Assembly (NCBI GenBank): GCA_051530055.1
Contig: CM121343.1
Location: 2,140,389 to 2,204,388, forward strand
Direction of reading: 5' to 3'
DNA length: 64,000 nt
From: Neoechinorhynchus agilis
Lineage: Eukaryota; Animalia; Acanthocephala
In this document: in pieces, positions 60,430 through 64,000 of the stretch
Numbering within the stretch: the stretch's first letter is position 1
How the letters are laid out: every line of letters begins with the position of its first letter
Program-made: the position numbers and the translations under genes
The notes under the pieces: model-generated
What the model saw: only the letters and a program-made list of their open reading frames with translations
The model's database searches: none
What the model was told of the DNA's origin: nothing

Positions 60430-61630
60430 TCCAAAACGAGCCATCAATGCAACCGCCAGAAAATTCTGATAATTCGAAGGCTCAGTTCTCAAGGAAAATC
60501 TCGACTGAAAATAAGCAGCGAACTGCGTTCATATCGCCTACAATCGACGCTACTGGCGCAGACACCTTGAACGCGCCGCTTATCGATCACGGTAACCTGA
60601 GAAGATCAACGCTGCCGGACTCCCCCACGTCTCTACTGGTGTGTGTTCGGTTTGCGGTAAGTCTTATAAATTAACCAATTTGGGGTTTTGTTTGCCCATG
60701 GTCCCCGGGATCTCCGCTGAAGCGAGTCTGGTTCTCAATCACAATCAACCGATCTGTTTATACCTCGGACCTCTCAGATCACCACTGACTATATTTCGAT
60801 ACCTGATATCGTGCGCTTTCTGCCCAGGAAAGTCCTGAAACGGATCCCAAAGGGCGCACGATATCAGGTCGCCAACGCATTTACGGGAATGTTCAACGAT
60901 CGCCTCCCGGCTCTTCGGATTCCCGCGCTTAGTTCTTTGCACCAGTGATGACATCAACAATCAAGGAAAGGGTGGCCCCCTCCGAACAGATATTTAACGA
61001 TTTCGAAATCAAATTTCGCGAGGTTCGTAAGGGACGTACGAAGGAAGGGTTTCGTTGCGGTTTTTCAAAGCGATCACTGACTGAATGTGTCTCTTCGAAG
61101 CCTGCGGACGGAGATGTTCGAGGGCTGTTAGGTTATTGTCATCCTCCGACAGTTTTGCACGAGGAGACAACGCGACACTACAAATACTCCGGTCATAACA
61201 TCCATGCAGTAGTGGCAGTTTTGAAATTCCATCTCCTCCCGTACAAGACAGGACACCCTCTGAAACTTCAGAATTAAAAAAGGTAATCTCTTCTTTTGCA
61301 AATGGATCGGGTCATGGACTTGACGGGCTAAGACCTCAGCACCTAAAAGACATGATGTCCTTTTCAACTGGTGAAGCAGCTCTCTAGAAACTGCGCTTTC
61401 TCGGTTAGTCGACCGCCTGATAATGACAGCGCTGGTTTGCTCATCGTCATTCATGGAGAAACGATTGGCGATAGAGCCAGTGAACACAATTTTCACTGAG
61501 TGAAAATTCACTAGCCACGTTCGAAAAATGCTACGACGACCGAGAAACGATGTCCCGATTGTCCGCGCAACGAGCGTTTTCGCGGACAATGCGCGGGCGA
61601 GTTCTGGACATCAGCTAGGCAAAGCCACAG
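60430..61630 (+). mobile_element. CRE-like retrotransposon 5' portion forming the spacer of the inverted duplication
   Basis: CSVCGKSY zinc-knuckle-like start, LKRIPKGARYQVANA, DGDVRG/AVRLLSS and GLDGLRPQHLKDM motifs with frameshifts. Confidence 0.8.
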
Positions 61631-62707
61631 TACTGCTCAACAAGCGGGACGAACTTTCCGTTTCGATGTCGCTACTTCAACACACTTCACAACTCCACTT
61701 GCCTTTGTAGATTTCTGAAGAAGCCGTAAGACGTCGACTGCTCAAAAATATTGATTTTTCTTCATATCTACAACTGCCCGTCCAAGTGCCAATAAAAAAC
61801 CTGATCGATCATGCGGATGGAAAATATAGTGCGATAATACTTTATTTTTTAAATGTCTACCTGGAAGTAAACTTTATAAATTAATAAAGTGAAATATGTG
61901 AAATTGAAATATAGTTTTATACATTCCTGGGTGTTTAAAAGCTTCGTTCAAACCAGAGGCGTTTCTAAGTATTTCATGACAATGCAATTTAATGAAATTC
62001 CAGCAACAAACCGTGTTCCATGTTGGTGATTTTCAAATTGCTTAATTTTTGATTTAAAGCGGTTAAGCTGGTCGCCAACAAAAATTAAAAAAAAATGATT
62101 AGCAGATTGTTTGGTTTTCTTGAAGACTACTGATTGTAGCCAAAACCCATATAAAGTAGCATTATAGTTTCCTTCTGATTTCGTCGCAACTTTCAAGGCA
62201 AAGTGTTTATTGACGAGATCATCAATTTAACAGAGGCAAAAATGTTTTTATCTGTGATTAAAAAAGGACACATTTTTAAAGTAAACAGCTTTTTATCTAT
62301 CAAATAGCTCATTTATTGAATTTTATACCAAATAAACTCACAAACGATGAGGACCAACCCGTCCTTCAGAACATTCAGACGTGTAAGAGTGTTTAAATCC
62401 GATGAGGATCAACGTGTGTATTTATTAATTGCTAAAAAAACGTCGATCTTTGGTGAGTACTAGAAATCAATTTCTGGTAATTTTAAATGTATCTGCATAT
62501 TCTGAGGCGAACTGTTTCAAAATTCTAACTACGAATTATAAGTGTACTTGAACTCAAAAATACAATATTTTTCACTTGGATTAGGTGTCAATGTTTTCAA
62601 GAAACATCCAGGAGTATATAAGCTGCGCTTAACACTTGAAGATCGTCTATTCACGTTGATTCTTAAACTTTGTAACAACGTCAAATTTCAAGGATCAAAC
62701 AACTTCA

Positions 62708-64000
62708 ATGAACAATCTAAATCGATTAAACAATTACGAGAATGCCTCAGCGACAATAAATCCACATGAACAGGCGGCCACTGAGACTGTAAGGAAACCT
62801 GGGAGACGACAAAATCCTTGGGGATTCGCCACTTATGCTGAACTTATTCAGCTGGCGATTACAACCTCAGCAGAGCAGCGACTAACACTACAAGAAATCT
62901 ACAATTGGATGATTAGTAATGTTGAATATTTCGCATCAATGACCGTCAAAAGAGATATCGATCAAATGAAGGTGAGCATCGCCATGATTCATTTTTAAAA
63001 CTTCAATAATATCTCAATTTTAGAACTCGATAAGACACAATTTATCACACCATGATCAATTTGTAAGGGTGGTTAGCGCCACAGGTTGCAGAGCATCCTA
63101 TTGGACGTACGATCCAAACAATATAAAGGAACGTCCAGCAAAGCGACCTCGGGTTACACAGGAAAATATGAATGCAGCGCGTGACGGACGTAGACCGGGA
63201 AGAGGACGGGGACCTACACGGACAAGAACCGGAGACTTTCCCAACCCGTTTACGACCGAAAGCCATGGTACCCCGGAGCAATTAGCTCCAAATTTGTATC
63301 AACCCAATGGAAACAATCAGCTGCCACAATTCGGATCTCAAACTTATAATAATATCCCACCTAATACATTTGCCATGAACTATAATCCGTGGTATCAGCC
63401 AGCACAAATATACAACGGAAATTTTCAACAAAATGCTCTTGGACAACAATTTGAATTCCAGCACCAAAACAATATTATAACTCAAAATACCATGAACACA
63501 CAATGGGGCTACGATGGCACAAATCAACAAATGAATAATGGAATTGGAATAAATAATACTTACCTTCCTCCAGCAAATCTGAATACTCCAACGGTACACA
63601 CATACCATGGAAATTATATTACAAATTTCGGCCTACCACAAATGGGTATCGGAGCAAGTGGTCCAATGGGATTGCAAGGTCCAATGACTATGCCGGCGGA
63701 TCCAAATTCTGCAAACCAATCCACGGCTACGTTAATGAATCCAGTTGGAAATACTTTTCAAGGTCATGTTAACAGTTCGAACCAAGAAGGATTTGTAAAT
63801 ATTAATAACGAAACAACTGGACAAACAAACTCAAATCAAATGACACTCGGAGAAAGTGTTCCAACGGGACATCAGGTTTCTGGGACCGTCCGTACGAATC
63901 CATTTTCTAGAAACCAATGCACTATTCGGAAGAGGAATACAGCGCCAAACACAAGTTCTAACCCAGATGAAGTTGGAGCTTTCATTGATCAAATAATTGC
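62708..64000 (+). CDS. FoxO-like forkhead transcription factor, right copy, open to the window edge
   Basis: Exon 1 62708-62971, a 52-nt GT..AG intron, then exon 2 from 63024 (NSIRHNLSHHDQFVRVVSATGCRASYWTYDP) with no stop up to 64000; N/Q/G-rich C-terminal region. Confidence 0.85.

Larger units (their letters stand above)
58060..64000. repeat. Large inverted duplication: arms 58060-60427 and 61631-64000 (continues past the window end), 1.2-kb spacer
   Basis: The reverse complement of 61631-64000 matches 58060-60427; inner ends are ...ttgttgagcagt and actgctcaacaa... Confidence 0.95.

Noticed and set aside
60812-60870. Short inverted repeat acctgatatcgtgcgc / gcgcacgatatcaggt
   Set aside because: It lies within decayed CRE-like coding sequence (RIPKGARYQV) with no independent evidence of function.
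61714-61745. ctgaagaagccgtaagacgtcgac near the inner end of the inverted arms
   Set aside because: The core is present but stem II is mismatched and GAAA is missing; not callable as a ribozyme.
62345-62420. HHR-like words (cgatgaggacc..., ccgatgaggatc...aacgtg), mirrored at 59625-59700
   Set aside because: They lack an intact CUGANGA core and the GAAA after stem II; at most decayed remnants.

Overview
AT-rich eukaryotic (animal, invertebrate-like) genomic DNA with compact genes and ~50-nt introns. Host genes: two C2H2 zinc-finger genes, PGAP3, geminin-like, a Zasp/PDLIM-type PDZ gene, MON2, a divergent UPF3-like ORF, a ubiquitin-like ORF and two FoxO-like forkhead copies in a >2.3-kb inverted duplication. 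These are interleaved with five unrelated tandem-repeat arrays (~14 kb, about 22% of the window) and many retroelement fragments (CRE-like, RTE, CR1/L2-like, Penelope GIY-YIG). The strongest unexplained signal is a recurring architecture of minimal Penelope-type hammerhead ribozyme (HHR) motifs in head-to-head palindromes at ~34 kb, ~45.6 kb and ~49.1 kb. The 49.1-kb one has a 7-bp target-site duplication inside a LINE. The 45.6-kb one bounds a ~483-nt retrozyme-like unit that carries an antisense 72-aa single-pass membrane ORF (second, locally hypervariable copy at 0.5-1 kb) and directly abuts a 5'-truncated eIF3c pseudogene. All calls come from reading the sequence by eye, with no database search, alignment or folding run. 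Exon boundaries and repeat copy numbers are approximate, and some single-base indels may be long-read errors.
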